The position numbers were made by a program, and so were the translations under genes. This document shows, piece by piece, positions 1 through 9,050 of a stretch of DNA of 64,000 nt (position 1 is the first letter of the stretch; every line of letters begins with the position of its first letter). The stretch is taken from sequence record ON529852.1; one strand, written 5' to 3'. The notes beneath the pieces are model-generated. The model ran no database searches. It saw only the letters and a list, made by a program, of their open reading frames with translations, and was not told the DNA's origin.

Positions 1-55
1 GGAAGGGTCCCCGCAGGCTATCACGGTCGGGCCGGCGCCGCCATGGGCGCGCGGC

Positions 56-139
56 GTTAACCTTAATGGCGCGTTAACCATGCCTGTTAAGGTTAACGCG
101 GGGCCGGCCGCCGTTAACCCTCTGATCGTTAAGGTTAAC
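56..139. promoter_or_regulatory. Cluster of TTAA boxes including a CtrA-consensus site (TTAA-N7-TTAAC at 63-78)
   Basis: Eight TTAA tetramers (57,63,74,87,93,114,129,135) in GC-rich DNA; GTTAACCTTAA or its reverse complement occurs three times. Confidence 0.55.
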
Positions 140-371
140 GCCGCCGGTGGCTGGCGCGAGATCGTTGACAGGGGACTCAGTTGGTCTGTCGCACTTATGA
201 CACAGTCCGAGGGCGCCGTTGTCTGTCAACAAATCGCGTCTGGAATGCGCTTCCAGCGGAGCCCCGATTTTGAACCCTTCCCTATTCTTTCATGGATCAT
301 ATCCCAACATCCAAAGAAAAAGGCCGGTGCAGCGCACCGACCCCTTTCGAGTCAGATTGTGGAGAGGCTGA

Positions 372-3095
372 TCAGCCGAACGAGCCGATCTTGCGGGAGC
401 CGAAGCGGGTCCGGGAGCCCTTCATCCACTGGAGGGCCTGGGTCATGGCGTCCACCTGGTCGTCGTGGGCGCCTTCGGGGAACTGCCCGACTTCCTTGGT
501 GAAGGCGTCCATCCATTCGGCCTTCTTGGGCAGGAAGACGTCGCCGGCCGTGATCAGCGGACTGACCTCGTCGAAGCGGAATTCCTTGGACTGGCCCTTG
601 GGGTCGATGCCCACGATGGGGGCCGGCGCCAGGCGGCGGTGGCTGGTGGTCTGCCCCCGGTTCTGGATGTAGGCGGTGCCCTGGCCCTTGTCTTCGACCA
701 GGATCACATCGACGCCGTCCTTGACCGCCTGCTGTTCGATCATCTCGATCATGGCGTCGAACTCGACCTTCTTGCGGGTCTGGCGCAGCAGGTAATACTG
801 CCGGTCGTTGGTCTCGCCCCAGGTCTGCACGACCGTGTAGTCGGCCCGCTGATTGACCTTGGCGGCGCAGTCGACCGACAGGACGATGCGGCGGAAGTGG
901 GCGCGCTTGTTCGGGATCGCCTTGCCGTGCTCGTCGACATGGCCCTCGGCGCGCTGCTTCTTCAGCGCCTCCTCGGTCAGGTGCGGGGGCCGCTCGTAAT
1001 ACTGGAAGCGGCCGGCGATCGAGTCGTCGGAGGTCGCGGTGGCGTTCTGCTGGTAGACCAGGGCGAAACGCTGGTAGGACCATTCGGTCTTCTTCGTCTT
1101 GAAGAAGGACAGATCGTAGTAGTCCCACAGGACGTCGCCCAGCTTGCGGCCGAGCACGTCGGTGTCCTCGTCGATGCACAGCGCCGGCGCCTCGACCTGG
1201 GTCCACTGGGCGTAGGCCGGCAGGCGCGGGTTCATCTCCATCAGGTGGCCCGTCAGGTCGTGCTCGTGGAAGCGCGTCATGATCAGGAACATCTTGCCGA
1301 AGGGCAGCATCCGCGAACCGATGTCGCCGACGAACCAGGTGTTGACCTTCTCGCGGGCGGCGGCCGATTCCGCCTCCTCGATCTTGGCGTAGGGGTCATC
1401 GACGCAGGCGAAGTTGGCGCGGAAACCGTGGACGGCCTGCCCGGTGCCCTTGGCGACATACTGTCCGCCGTAGCCGGCGATGGCCCACTGGTCGGCGGCG
1501 CGGGTGGCGTAGTCGACCACCACCTCGGGGAAGACCCGACGGAACTCCTGACCGCCGACCAGAGAGCGAATCTTCTTGGAGAACTCGTTCTCGACGAAGC
1601 GCTGGCTGTGGCCGCCGCCGATGATCTTCAGCTTGGGATTGCGGCCCAGACGCCAGGCGACGAACAGGCGCGAGGCGTAGGTCGAGTTGTGCACCACGAC
1701 GCCGTCGGCGGTGAAGGTGTGGTCGCCGAACACGGTCAGGCAGCGGCACTCGCCGGAGCCGGCCGCCTCGACCATCAGCACCTTGTCCGTCACCTTCGAG
1801 CCGTAGGGCAGACGCTTGGCGACGAAGTCCGGTTCGTGGCGGCCGTGGAAGCTGATGCCGGAATCGAGCAGGCGTTCGATCGCCGGCCCCTTGACGATCA
1901 GGGCGGCGCGGCGGTTCGGCTGCGGGTGATCGACCACGGCGTCGACATCGTAGCGGGCCAGCAGCTTTTGCAGGTCCTGGGCGAAGCCGACCGACTTGAT
2001 CCAGGCGATCAGCGTGGCCTGGCTATACTTCTTCGGGGTCTCGCCGCGCAGGCGGAAGTAGGTCGTCAGGAAGTGCTTGATCTTCTCGTCGTCGCCCCGG
2101 AACACGAACTCGGGCACGCGGCGTTCGCCGGCGCGCTTGGTCATACCGAGTAGTTCCTGGTAGGGCCGGGTCGTCTTCGAGCGCAGCCGGATCAGGTGGC
2201 GCTTGTTCGCCGGGACCCAGCGGCGGGCGTAGCGGATGCCCAGAGCGTCCAGCACGCCTTCAGCCTCCTCGACATGGGCCAGGGAGGAGAACCACATCTG
2301 GAGGTTCTGGTAGGGCGTGCCGTTCGGCGCCGTCGCGTCGGTGAAGGAGCCGAAGGCGGCGACGAAGGCCGCCAGCGCGAAGACATCCTTGGTATGGCCG
2401 GAGGTGTCCTCGGGTTTTTCCGGGGTATGGCTGGTCATACCGACCACGCTCAGGTTCATGCGCGGGCGCAGGTTCTGGGCTTCGATCCAGTCGCCGTCGA
2501 CCAGGAAGGGGTGGTCCGGGGCCGACAGGATCGTGCGACCCTTTTCGGTCGTGATCTTCAGCAGCGGCAGTTCGCCCTGGACGTGAACCGCCTCGACCTT
2601 GCGGCGGCGGCCGGCGTGGGTGACGACCTCCTCGCCGACTTCGATGTCGCCCAGGGCCTTGTAGGCGCCCGACCCCATCAGGACCGGGGTGGAGACGTGC
2701 AGCGGCTTGGCGTGGCCGGGCGGGCAGTTGAGGATGAAGCGATCCAGTTCGGGATCGTTCTCGATCTTCTGGAGCAGTTCGGTCAGGTAGATGTGCCACT
2801 TCGATTCCGGCGGCTCATCGGGCGAGACGTATTCGCAGAAGGCGTTGAAGTCGTCGCGGGCCAGCGGCAGCAGCCGCTCCAGGTGACGCTTTTGCAGTTC
2901 GTCGCTCAGTCCCATCAGGGCGTCGATCTGCTGGTTGGTCTCGTGCACCCCGGTGATCTTGATGATCCCCTGGCGGGTGTTGTCGGGCAGGATCAGGCCG
3001 CGTTCCGCCGAGCGCTTGGCTTCGGCCGCGAGGCTCTGGAGTTGGTTGACGGCCTGGCGCGCTTTGATGCGGTCGGCGATGATGTAGTCGGACAT
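372..3095 (-). CDS. terL: Terminase large subunit, intein-containing
   Basis: Walker A CPPGHAK/S, Walker B-like ACVDDP, C-terminal nuclease motifs SVDCA and HDDQVDA; start placed at MSDYII (3095) just after the upstream gene stop. Confidence 0.95.
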   Translation of the reverse strand: MSDYIIADRIKARQAVNQLQSLAAEAKRSAERGLILPDNTRQGIIKITGVHETNQQIDALMGLSDELQKRHLERLLPLARDDFNAFCEYVSPDEPPESKWHIYLTELLQKIENDPELDRFILNCPPGHAKPLHVSTPVLMGSGAYKALGDIEVGEEVVTHAGRRRKVEAVHVQGELPLLKITTEKGRTILSAPDHPFLVDGDWIEAQNLRPRMNLSVVGMTSHTPEKPEDTSGHTKDVFALAAFVAAFGSFTDATAPNGTPYQNLQMWFSSLAHVEEAEGVLDALGIRYARRWVPANKRHLIRLRSKTTRPYQELLGMTKRAGERRVPEFVFRGDDEKIKHFLTTYFRLRGETPKKYSQATLIAWIKSVGFAQDLQKLLARYDVDAVVDHPQPNRRAALIVKGPAIERLLDSGISFHGRHEPDFVAKRLPYGSKVTDKVLMVEAAGSGECRCLTVFGDHTFTADGVVVHNSTYASRLFVAWRLGRNPKLKIIGGGHSQRFVENEFSKKIRSLVGGQEFRRVFPEVVVDYATRAADQWAIAGYGGQYVAKGTGQAVHGFRANFACVDDPYAKIEEAESAAAREKVNTWFVGDIGSRMLPFGKMFLIMTRFHEHDLTGHLMEMNPRLPAYAQWTQVEAPALCIDEDTDVLGRKLGDVLWDYYDLSFFKTKKTEWSYQRFALVYQQNATATSDDSIAGRFQYYERPPHLTEEALKKQRAEGHVDEHGKAIPNKRAHFRRIVLSVDCAAKVNQRADYTVVQTWGETNDRQYYLLRQTRKKVEFDAMIEMIEQQAVKDGVDVILVEDKGQGTAYIQNRGQTTSHRRLAPAPIVGIDPKGQSKEFRFDEVSPLITAGDVFLPKKAEWMDAFTKEVGQFPEGAHDDQVDAMTQALQWMKGSRTRFGSRKIGSFG
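1686..2705 (-). other. 340-aa intein in the TerL P-loop with a degenerate LAGLIDADG region
   Basis: Inserted between GHAK and STYAS; starts PLHVSTPV, block B SAPDHPF, block F ECRCLTV, ends VVHN followed by Ser+1. Confidence 0.92.
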
Positions 3096-3099
3096 GCTG

Positions 3100-3336
3100 T
3101 CAGTGGGTCTCGTGAGTGTCGAGCGCAACGGCCGCCAGCAGGTCGTCGACATGGTAGATGAGGTCCGCATCGCCGAGATGGCGCGTCAGGTGACGAATGG
3201 TGCGGAGGGTGTTTTCAAGCCGCAGGATGCGGCGGCGAAGGCGCGAGGCGCGGAGCATCAGCCCCGCCACCCCGATCAGGTAGACCGCGCTCATCGTGAG
3301 CATGGCCCACAGGAAGATCGGCGGCAGTTCAGGCAT
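3100..3336 (-). CDS. Small membrane protein
   Basis: N-terminal hydrophobic helix; coupled to terS by overlapping stop/start. Confidence 0.6.
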   Translation of the reverse strand: MPELPPIFLWAMLTMSAVYLIGVAGLMLRASRLRRRILRLENTLRTIRHLTRHLGDADLIYHVDDLLAAVALDTHETH

Positions 3337-4025
3337 CAGGAGAAGTCCGGCTCATCGAAGGCTTCGAGCGGCTCCAGGGCGTCCAGCTTGCCCATCACGT
3401 CGGCGGCGCGCGCGTCGTCCATCAGGGCGACGTCGGTCTCCGATCCGGTCGTCAGCTTGCGGTCCTTGGGATCGATCCGCTCCTTCTTGACGTGGCCCTG
3501 GATCAACTCCATCGCCGTGTCGTGGCCGAACTCACGGCTCAGTTCCGCCTCGGACTTCTCCGACTGCGGCAGGGCGCCGATGGCGTCGCCCAGAACCGCG
3601 TCCAGCTTGTCCAGGTCGAAGGATTGCGGCACGCTCGACCCGGTGTCGTCGCCCTGGCCGCCCGAGAACATGCCCAGGTCCTTGCCGATCAGTTCCAGGG
3701 CCGCGTTCGATTCCTTGAACTGCCCGTCGGCGGCGGCGTTCTGCGCGTTCTCGGCCAGCTTCTGGATGACGAAGGCGCGGCTGACGCCGGTCATCTGTCC
3801 GACCACCTTGGCGGCCTCGACGGCGGCGAGCCGCTGGGCCTCGCGCTGGGCCTTCTGGTCCTCGTAAAGTTCTTCGATCCGGGCGATGACGTCCGGGTCG
3901 GTCTCCAGGTGCTGGGTGGAGGAGCCCGGCGCGTAACCGGCCGCCATGGCGGCCTTGGCGGCGTTCATTCCCTTGGCGCGGTGGCGCGCGTAGAGTTCGT
4001 TGCGTTCGTTGGCGAGTCTTGCCAC
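3336..4025 (-). CDS. terS: Terminase small subunit
   Basis: N-terminal TerS-type HTH (ELYARHRAKGMNAAKAAMAAGY), FVIQKL..NA oligomerisation segment, position upstream of terL. Confidence 0.75.
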   Translation of the reverse strand: MARLANERNELYARHRAKGMNAAKAAMAAGYAPGSSTQHLETDPDVIARIEELYEDQKAQREAQRLAAVEAAKVVGQMTGVSRAFVIQKLAENAQNAAADGQFKESNAALELIGKDLGMFSGGQGDDTGSSVPQSFDLDKLDAVLGDAIGALPQSEKSEAELSREFGHDTAMELIQGHVKKERIDPKDRKLTTGSETDVALMDDARAADVMGKLDALEPLEAFDEPDFS

Positions 4026-4034
4026 TGTGGTTTA

Positions 4035-4286
4035 CTACTTCGAAAGGTCAGCCAGCATTCGGGTCAGCTTGCCAATACGGATGTTGATGTCGAGGAAGGC
4101 TTCGTAATAGAAGGTCGCCTTGTCGCGGTTCTCTTCGATCACTTCATCGGTCACGTCCTGGAACACCAGGGACACGACCGAAGACTGGAATGAGGTGAAG
4201 GCGTCGGCCGTCAGTTCAGCCCGATCCTGAAGCGCCTTGATCTCCTTGCGGAGCCGCTGGCGTTCGGAGCGGACCGCGTCAGGCAT
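4035..4286 (-). CDS. Hypothetical protein
   Basis: Packed in operon; start MPDAVRSE overlaps upstream stop. Confidence 0.55.
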   Translation of the reverse strand: MPDAVRSERQRLRKEIKALQDRAELTADAFTSFQSSVVSLVFQDVTDEVIEENRDKATFYYEAFLDINIRIGKLTRMLADLSK

Positions 4287-4773
4287 CGGCCCCGACCTCG
4301 ACTTCGCCGGCGTCGATAAAATCGACATCGACGTTGACGCGGATGCCCTGGGCGCCCAGGGCCGAGAGCACCTCGGACAGGTTGACGGTCGAACCGTCCT
4401 CATCGTCGTCGTCATCGGCCTCGGGCGGGACGTGGTCGACGCCGGCGCCGATGTCGGAGATCGACAGCATGTCCTCGGGGATGATCGCCTCGACCTCCTC
4501 GGGCTCCTGGTTCTCCCACATCTTATGGAAGCCCATCGCCACCTTGATCGGGATGCGCACGCGCACCAGCATCATGCCGCGATGGTCGAGCACGCCGACC
4601 GGGGTGATGATCGGTTCACGCGGATCGTCCACCAGGTGGTCGGCGGTCCAGGAGATCGAGCCGTCGTCGGACGGGATCGGTCCGGCCGTCTGGCGCTCGG
4701 CCAGGTAGCGCCGCAGCGGCTTGCCCGAGAACTCACGCAGGGCGGCGCGGATGGAGGTGGTGTAATCGGTCAC
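4279..4773 (-). CDS. Hypothetical acidic protein
   Basis: GTG start overlapping the resolvase stop; phage-like codon bias. Confidence 0.55.
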   Translation of the reverse strand: MTDYTTSIRAALREFSGKPLRRYLAERQTAGPIPSDDGSISWTADHLVDDPREPIITPVGVLDHRGMMLVRVRIPIKVAMGFHKMWENQEPEEVEAIIPEDMLSISDIGAGVDHVPPEADDDDDEDGSTVNLSEVLSALGAQGIRVNVDVDFIDAGEVEVGADA

Positions 4774-5282
4774 AGGCTCGGGAACTCTGCCAGGGTGAGG
4801 GGTTGCGGCGGCGCGGTCCGGAGAACTTGCAGCACGGCGTAGAAGGCGATCATCGCCGCTTCGGCCCGGCCGTCGTCCTTGACGCGGGCGAACAGATCGT
4901 AGGCGCAGGGAAAGACCTGCATGGCGCGGCGGCGCGCTTCGTTCTTGTCCTTGGGCGTCTTGGTGAGCGTCTTCCACTCCTGCGGACGCACCTTGGTCAG
5001 CATCGCCCGGCTGGCGGACGCGCCTTCCAGGATGCCGAGGTTGCGGCCGAAGTTGAACGCCGAGACGACGCCCATCTGCGGGCTGGACCAGACGTCTTCG
5101 ATGTAGACGTGATCGGGCGCGGTCGCGTCGAACAGGCGCGCGACGCCGGCCGGAGACACCGCCTCCTTGCCGCCCTTGCCCGGCTCCTTGGGCATGTCGG
5201 TGATGGCGACGGTCCAGACCTCGGTGTCGATCAGGGCCAAGGCCCCGTTCTTGCCGGGGTCAATTCCGATAATGCGGCTCAT
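4770..5282 (-). CDS. ruvC: RuvC-like Holliday junction resolvase
   Basis: IIGIDPGKNGA, YIEDV, SAFNFG and DGRAEA motifs. Confidence 0.85.
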   Translation of the reverse strand: MSRIIGIDPGKNGALALIDTEVWTVAITDMPKEPGKGGKEAVSPAGVARLFDATAPDHVYIEDVWSSPQMGVVSAFNFGRNLGILEGASASRAMLTKVRPQEWKTLTKTPKDKNEARRRAMQVFPCAYDLFARVKDDGRAEAAMIAFYAVLQVLRTAPPQPLTLAEFPSL

Positions 5283-5632
5283 GCGTCGTTCAGCAGTTCA
5301 GGGTGGGCGGCCGCCATGCGGTCGGCGGCGCGGCGGATGATCTCCATCGCGTTGGAGTCGTCGGCGGCCTGGGCGGCGAAGGGCGGCGCGTCGCGCAGAT
5401 GCGGCCCCAGGGCGAAATCGCCGCGTCGGACCTGGCTTTGCTTGATCATCTGCCAGGCGAGGTCTTCCGCGTAGCGGTGGATGGTCTCGTGGAAGACCGT
5501 CAGGTCGTCCTGGCGCAGGCTCGACAGATCGACGCCGTCGGGCATCTCGACCGCCACGGTGAAGCCGCGATCATGCGTGGCGATGGTGTAGTGGCTGCCG
5601 GGCGTCGAGCAGGGCGTCTTCAGGCGGCTCAC
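5279..5632 (-). CDS. Hypothetical protein
   Basis: GTG start overlapping upstream stop; operon packing. Confidence 0.5.
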   Translation of the reverse strand: MSRLKTPCSTPGSHYTIATHDRGFTVAVEMPDGVDLSSLRQDDLTVFHETIHRYAEDLAWQMIKQSQVRRGDFALGPHLRDAPPFAAQAADDSNAMEIIRRAADRMAAAHPELLNDA

Positions 5633-5759
5633 AGGCTTTCCGCCTTTTCTTCGAGCGCCGCCAGCGCGGCTTCCAGGGCGGCGATCTCGACGCGGTTCAT
5701 GTGATGCTCCGCCAAGGCCTGTCGCCAGATGCGCAGCACGCGGATGGCGTTGGCGGGGG

Positions 5760-5978
5760 TCATGAGGGGCGGAATCCCTGCTCGGCGAACTTGCGCTCGA
5801 CAATGGCGTGCAGGTTCGCCGCCACGGCGCGACTGCGTGCATCAGCGAGGTTCAGCAGGTCGTAGGCGGTGCGCAGCGCAAACGCGGCGTCAACCACGAC
5901 AGCGACCTGCGCCGGGGTCAGGGTGGCGTCGGCCGCCATGGCGTCGACCCGAACCATGAGACGGTCAAAGGCGGTCAA
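5760..5978 (-). CDS. Hypothetical protein
   Basis: 4-nt overlaps on both sides. Confidence 0.5.
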   Translation of the reverse strand: MTAFDRLMVRVDAMAADATLTPAQVAVVVDAAFALRTAYDLLNLADARSRAVAANLHAIVERKFAEQGFRPS

Positions 5979-6199
5979 GCGAAATCCTGCCCGAAACGCA
6001 ACGACAGTCGATCGCTCTCGGCGTTGTCGTCCTGGCGCTGCTGCATGCGCAGGAACGACGCCTCGAAGGCGAGGCGCTGCATCTCGGCCAGATAGTCGCG
6101 CAGCACCTGGGCGTCAGGCGAACCGGCGGCCTCCAGCGTCTCGACGTGTTGTTCGATCAGGGTCCGGCCGGCGGAACGGATGGCGGCGCTGTCGGTCAC
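5975..6199 (-). CDS. Hypothetical protein
   Basis: 4-nt overlaps on both sides. Confidence 0.5.
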   Translation of the reverse strand: MTDSAAIRSAGRTLIEQHVETLEAAGSPDAQVLRDYLAEMQRLAFEASFLRMQQRQDDNAESDRLSLRFGQDFA

Positions 6200-6357
6200 C
6201 AGGCGCTCTCCTCGGCGCGGACCTTGTGCGCGATTTCGGCGTAGTCGTCCGTGGGGTCGTAGTCGGAATCGAACTCATCGAAGGCGCGGTGCAGGACGCG
6301 TTGCGGCGGCGGGGTCTGCGGGGCCGGCGCGCGGCGGTTAACCTTAACGTCGGTCAC
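6196..6357 (-). CDS. 53-aa hypothetical protein (absent from ORF track)
   Basis: GTG start and TGA stop each overlap neighbours (GTGA); SD-like AAGGGA; contains GTTAAGGTTAAC. Confidence 0.5.
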   Translation of the reverse strand: MTDVKVNRRAPAPQTPPPQRVLHRAFDEFDSDYDPTDDYAEIAHKVRAEESAW

Positions 6358-6959
6358 GCGGCGGTTCCCTTGCGGTCGGGCAGGGTCGAGACGCCGTGTT
6401 CGTCAGTGGTGATGTTGGAGACGACGCGTTCGGCCAGCACGCGGCGCGGTTCGCCCGCCTTGACCAGGCCCTCGAAGCCCTGCACCAGGGCCGAGGCGTA
6501 GCAGTTGTCCACCGCCACGATGGTGCCCGAGCGCAGCTTGTCGTTGTGATCCGCCCAGACGATCTGCTGGTTCGATTTCCCAGGGAAACGGAAGCCGGTG
6601 CGCATGGCCCATTCGGAGGTCTCGATCCGCAGCGAGAAGGCGAGGCTCTCGGTGACGTCGCGCAGCAGCAGGGCCAGGCCCATGTCGGCGGGCCAGGAGA
6701 ACTCGTTCTTCAGAACGACCGCCATCCGAAACCCGTCCGCGCCGGCGGCGCGCAGGGCGGTGGTGACCGCCTTGGCGACTTCGGCGTCATCCAGCGCAGG
6801 GATGCGCGGCTTCAGCCAGGCCTGGAAACCGTCGAGGTGGCGATCGACCGCGCGAGCGATGACGCGATCGGAAAGAGGATCGGGACGGCCGTCGCCCTGG
6901 GGCGGCGTGCGCAAGAAACCGTGAGCCATGAGGCGGAGAACTCGGCAGACCCCGGACAT
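6354..6959 (-). CDS. Hypothetical protein, first gene of the packaging operon
   Basis: TTGACA -35 near 7003-7008 upstream; start uncertain (6959 or 6929). Confidence 0.6.
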   Translation of the reverse strand: MSGVCRVLRLMAHGFLRTPPQGDGRPDPLSDRVIARAVDRHLDGFQAWLKPRIPALDDAEVAKAVTTALRAAGADGFRMAVVLKNEFSWPADMGLALLLRDVTESLAFSLRIETSEWAMRTGFRFPGKSNQQIVWADHNDKLRSGTIVAVDNCYASALVQGFEGLVKAGEPRRVLAERVVSNITTDEHGVSTLPDRKGTAA

Positions 6960-7200
6960 GAGGTCTGTTACGAGGCCGATTTCTTACATAAAATCCGCCA
7001 TCTGTCAAGATTTACGGCAGACGGAGTCAGCCTTACTGACAATCGAGGGCGGCCGCAAGCCTTTTCCGCCAGGGCCGCCCAACGATCGGCGAGACCACCG
7101 CGAAGGCGGCGGAAGAGGGTGGGAAAGGCGGCGGGGAGGTAATTCTGAATTGTTGGTCTCAAGAGAGCAATTACCCTACCTCCTTACCCCCCATACTGCG

Positions 7201-7557
7201 AGTTTGGGATATTTATTAGTAGTAAATAAGAGAGGGTGTATCGGCCGCTTTCTGGGTCTCCTATTATCTCCTAAATCGTATCCCAAAATGGTAATAGAGA
7301 GTATAGGGGGTTCGCCCTGCTCCTGTAAGAGGCTCTCCTAATATCTCCTAAATCGTATCCCATAATGACAATAGAGAGTATAGGGGCACCGGCACGCCCT
7401 GTGCGGCTATCCTATCTTCTCCTAAACAATATCCCATAAATGCGGTGGTGTGGTATAGGGGCGCGCCTTCTCACCCTTTCGCCTATTTACGCCTAAGTTA
7501 TATCCCAACATTCGAGGGTCGTGCTGTCTCCTATTTCTTCTTGGATTTTATCCCATA
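7201..7557. repeat. AT-rich cluster of degenerate ~75-bp units carrying CCTA-N5-TATCCCA and GTATAGGGG (iteron-like)
   Basis: TATCCCA at 7279, 7356, 7430, 7501, 7549 and inverted at 7205-7211; GTATAGGGG at 7301, 7378, 7453. Confidence 0.8.
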
Positions 7558-7583
7558 AAAGCCTCCTCTCTGCATGGGGCAGC

Positions 7584-7612
7584 AAAAAGCCCCAGGCGGT
7601 GAACCTGGGGCT
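7584..7612 (-). terminator. Intrinsic terminator
   Basis: AGCCCCAGG/CCTGGGGCT stem followed by a U-tract on the minus strand, after gene 7639-8859. Confidence 0.85.
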
Positions 7613-7638
7613 CTGGGCCTGACCACCGCGTGGGCGGT

Positions 7639-8859
7639 CTACACCATGCGCGCTTCTCGGTAGGCTTCGATCTCCGACATGCGCATCGCGTCGGGCGTCT
7701 CCCGGTTCGGCCGCAACTTCTCACCACGGAAATCGAGCATCAGGACGCCCCGGCTCGCCATCACCGGGTCAATCCCCAGTTCGCGCGCCAGTGTCTCATA
7801 GAAGCTGACCGGCGCCCAGCAGTGGATGTTGATGCCGCAGCCGATCTCCGGGCTCTCGAACCGGTCCAGCAGGTCCAGCAGCAACGACAGGCCTTCTCGG
7901 CTGTTTCGGCGGTCCTCCCGGAAGTCCGCCACCTGGTCGGCCGTCGCGCCCTGCTCCAGCATGGCGTCGACCTTGGCCTGGGTCTCGCCGGCGAACCAGT
8001 CGTGGGTCTCGCGCTTGATCGCCTTGTGCTGCATCAGGGCGTAGAGGGCGGCGGCGATCTTCGGCTTGCGCACGAAGTCCTCGCGCTTGATCCCCATGGA
8101 GCGCCGCGCGGCGTTGTAGACCGACCCCACCTGGACGAAGAAGTCGTCGCGCGCCGCCGCCTGCTTCTTCTCGCTGCCGCCCAGTTCGGCGATGGTCATC
8201 TTGACCATCAGCCCGCCGAAATAGCCCCGCAGGGTCATCTGGTTCAGTTCGTCCTGGGGCAGGTTGTAGAGGCCGATGCGCAGCAGGTCCTGACGGATCA
8301 CCTCGCTCTCGCGCAGCAGCTTCTTGATCTGGGCGTAGCCGGTGGTGTCGCGCGGGTCGTAGGCGGTGCGCAGCGCATTATCCTCGGCGGTGTCGGTGCC
8401 GTAGCGCCGCCGCGTCGCCTGCTTGCGCACCTGGGTGAAGTCCTCGCCGGCCGGGCGCAGGCCGTGGTCGTCCATGATCTCGGCGAAGGTGGCGAAACCA
8501 CCGCGCTTGCGGATCGAGTCCAGGATCGACTGCTCGATCTGATCCGACGCGCCCAGGCCCTTCCGCTTGAACCCCCCGGCGACGGTAAAGGTCCCGCGCA
8601 GGCCCTCGACCCGGTGCAGGACATTGCTGGACGCCATGTTGCTCAGGGTCTTCGCCAGCAGGTCGCGCCCCCGGCGGTCTTCCCATTCCGGCCCCAGCGC
8701 CGGCAGCAAGTCGGCGGCCGAACCACCGCCTTCCATCGTCATGAGCGCGTCGACGATCGCGCGCTTGAACGCGTTCTGGGAGACGGGGATGCCGTGGATG
8801 GTCTTGTCCAGCGTCGGGTTGCTGGCGCGGGGCTTGATCTGGTCGTCGGTGTCGGTCAT
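7639..8859 (-). CDS. 406-aa protein with two predicted N-terminal winged-helix domains
   Basis: AIVDALMTMEGGGSAADLL..TLSNMASSNVLHRV..GTFTV and ILDSIRKRGGFATFAEIM patterns; own promoter and terminator. Confidence 0.7.
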   Translation of the reverse strand: MTDTDDQIKPRASNPTLDKTIHGIPVSQNAFKRAIVDALMTMEGGGSAADLLPALGPEWEDRRGRDLLAKTLSNMASSNVLHRVEGLRGTFTVAGGFKRKGLGASDQIEQSILDSIRKRGGFATFAEIMDDHGLRPAGEDFTQVRKQATRRRYGTDTAEDNALRTAYDPRDTTGYAQIKKLLRESEVIRQDLLRIGLYNLPQDELNQMTLRGYFGGLMVKMTIAELGGSEKKQAAARDDFFVQVGSVYNAARRSMGIKREDFVRKPKIAAALYALMQHKAIKRETHDWFAGETQAKVDAMLEQGATADQVADFREDRRNSREGLSLLLDLLDRFESPEIGCGINIHCWAPVSFYETLARELGIDPVMASRGVLMLDFRGEKLRPNRETPDAMRMSEIEAYREARMV

Positions 8860-8882
8860 GAGAACCCTCTAGTAGAGGGCCG

Positions 8883-8911
8883 ATGTTAAGCTTACTGACA
8901 CTTTCTGTCAA
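8883..8911 (-). promoter_or_regulatory. Sigma70-type promoter
   Basis: TTGACA-17-TAACAT; a TATCCCAAC box lies 4 bp upstream of the -35. Confidence 0.75.
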
Positions 8912-9000
8912 GAATGTTGGGATATAAAATAACAGGAAATAGGAACCACCGCCCGCAGGTCTTTGAAAAGGCTCGACAAGACCACCGCCCGAAACGACAT

Positions 9001-9050
9001 CACTCGTGCGCTTCGCGCCCTCGTGACTGGCTTCGCCAGCCCTCCTTCGG
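9001..9050 (+). repeat. Dispersed double-hairpin element, copy 1
   Basis: CACTCGT-GCGC(TTC)GCGC-CCTCGTGA-CTGGC(TTC)GCCAG. Confidence 0.85.

Noticed and set aside
80-502. 140-aa ORF with VKVN repeats
   Set aside because: The repeats come from the TTAA DNA motif and the ORF overlaps the terL 3' end in antisense
465-2153. Long antisense ORFs (also 7630-8889+, 23128-24780+, 44304-46088- and many shorter ones)
   Set aside because: Shadows of real genes caused by high-GC codon bias; no RBS or motifs
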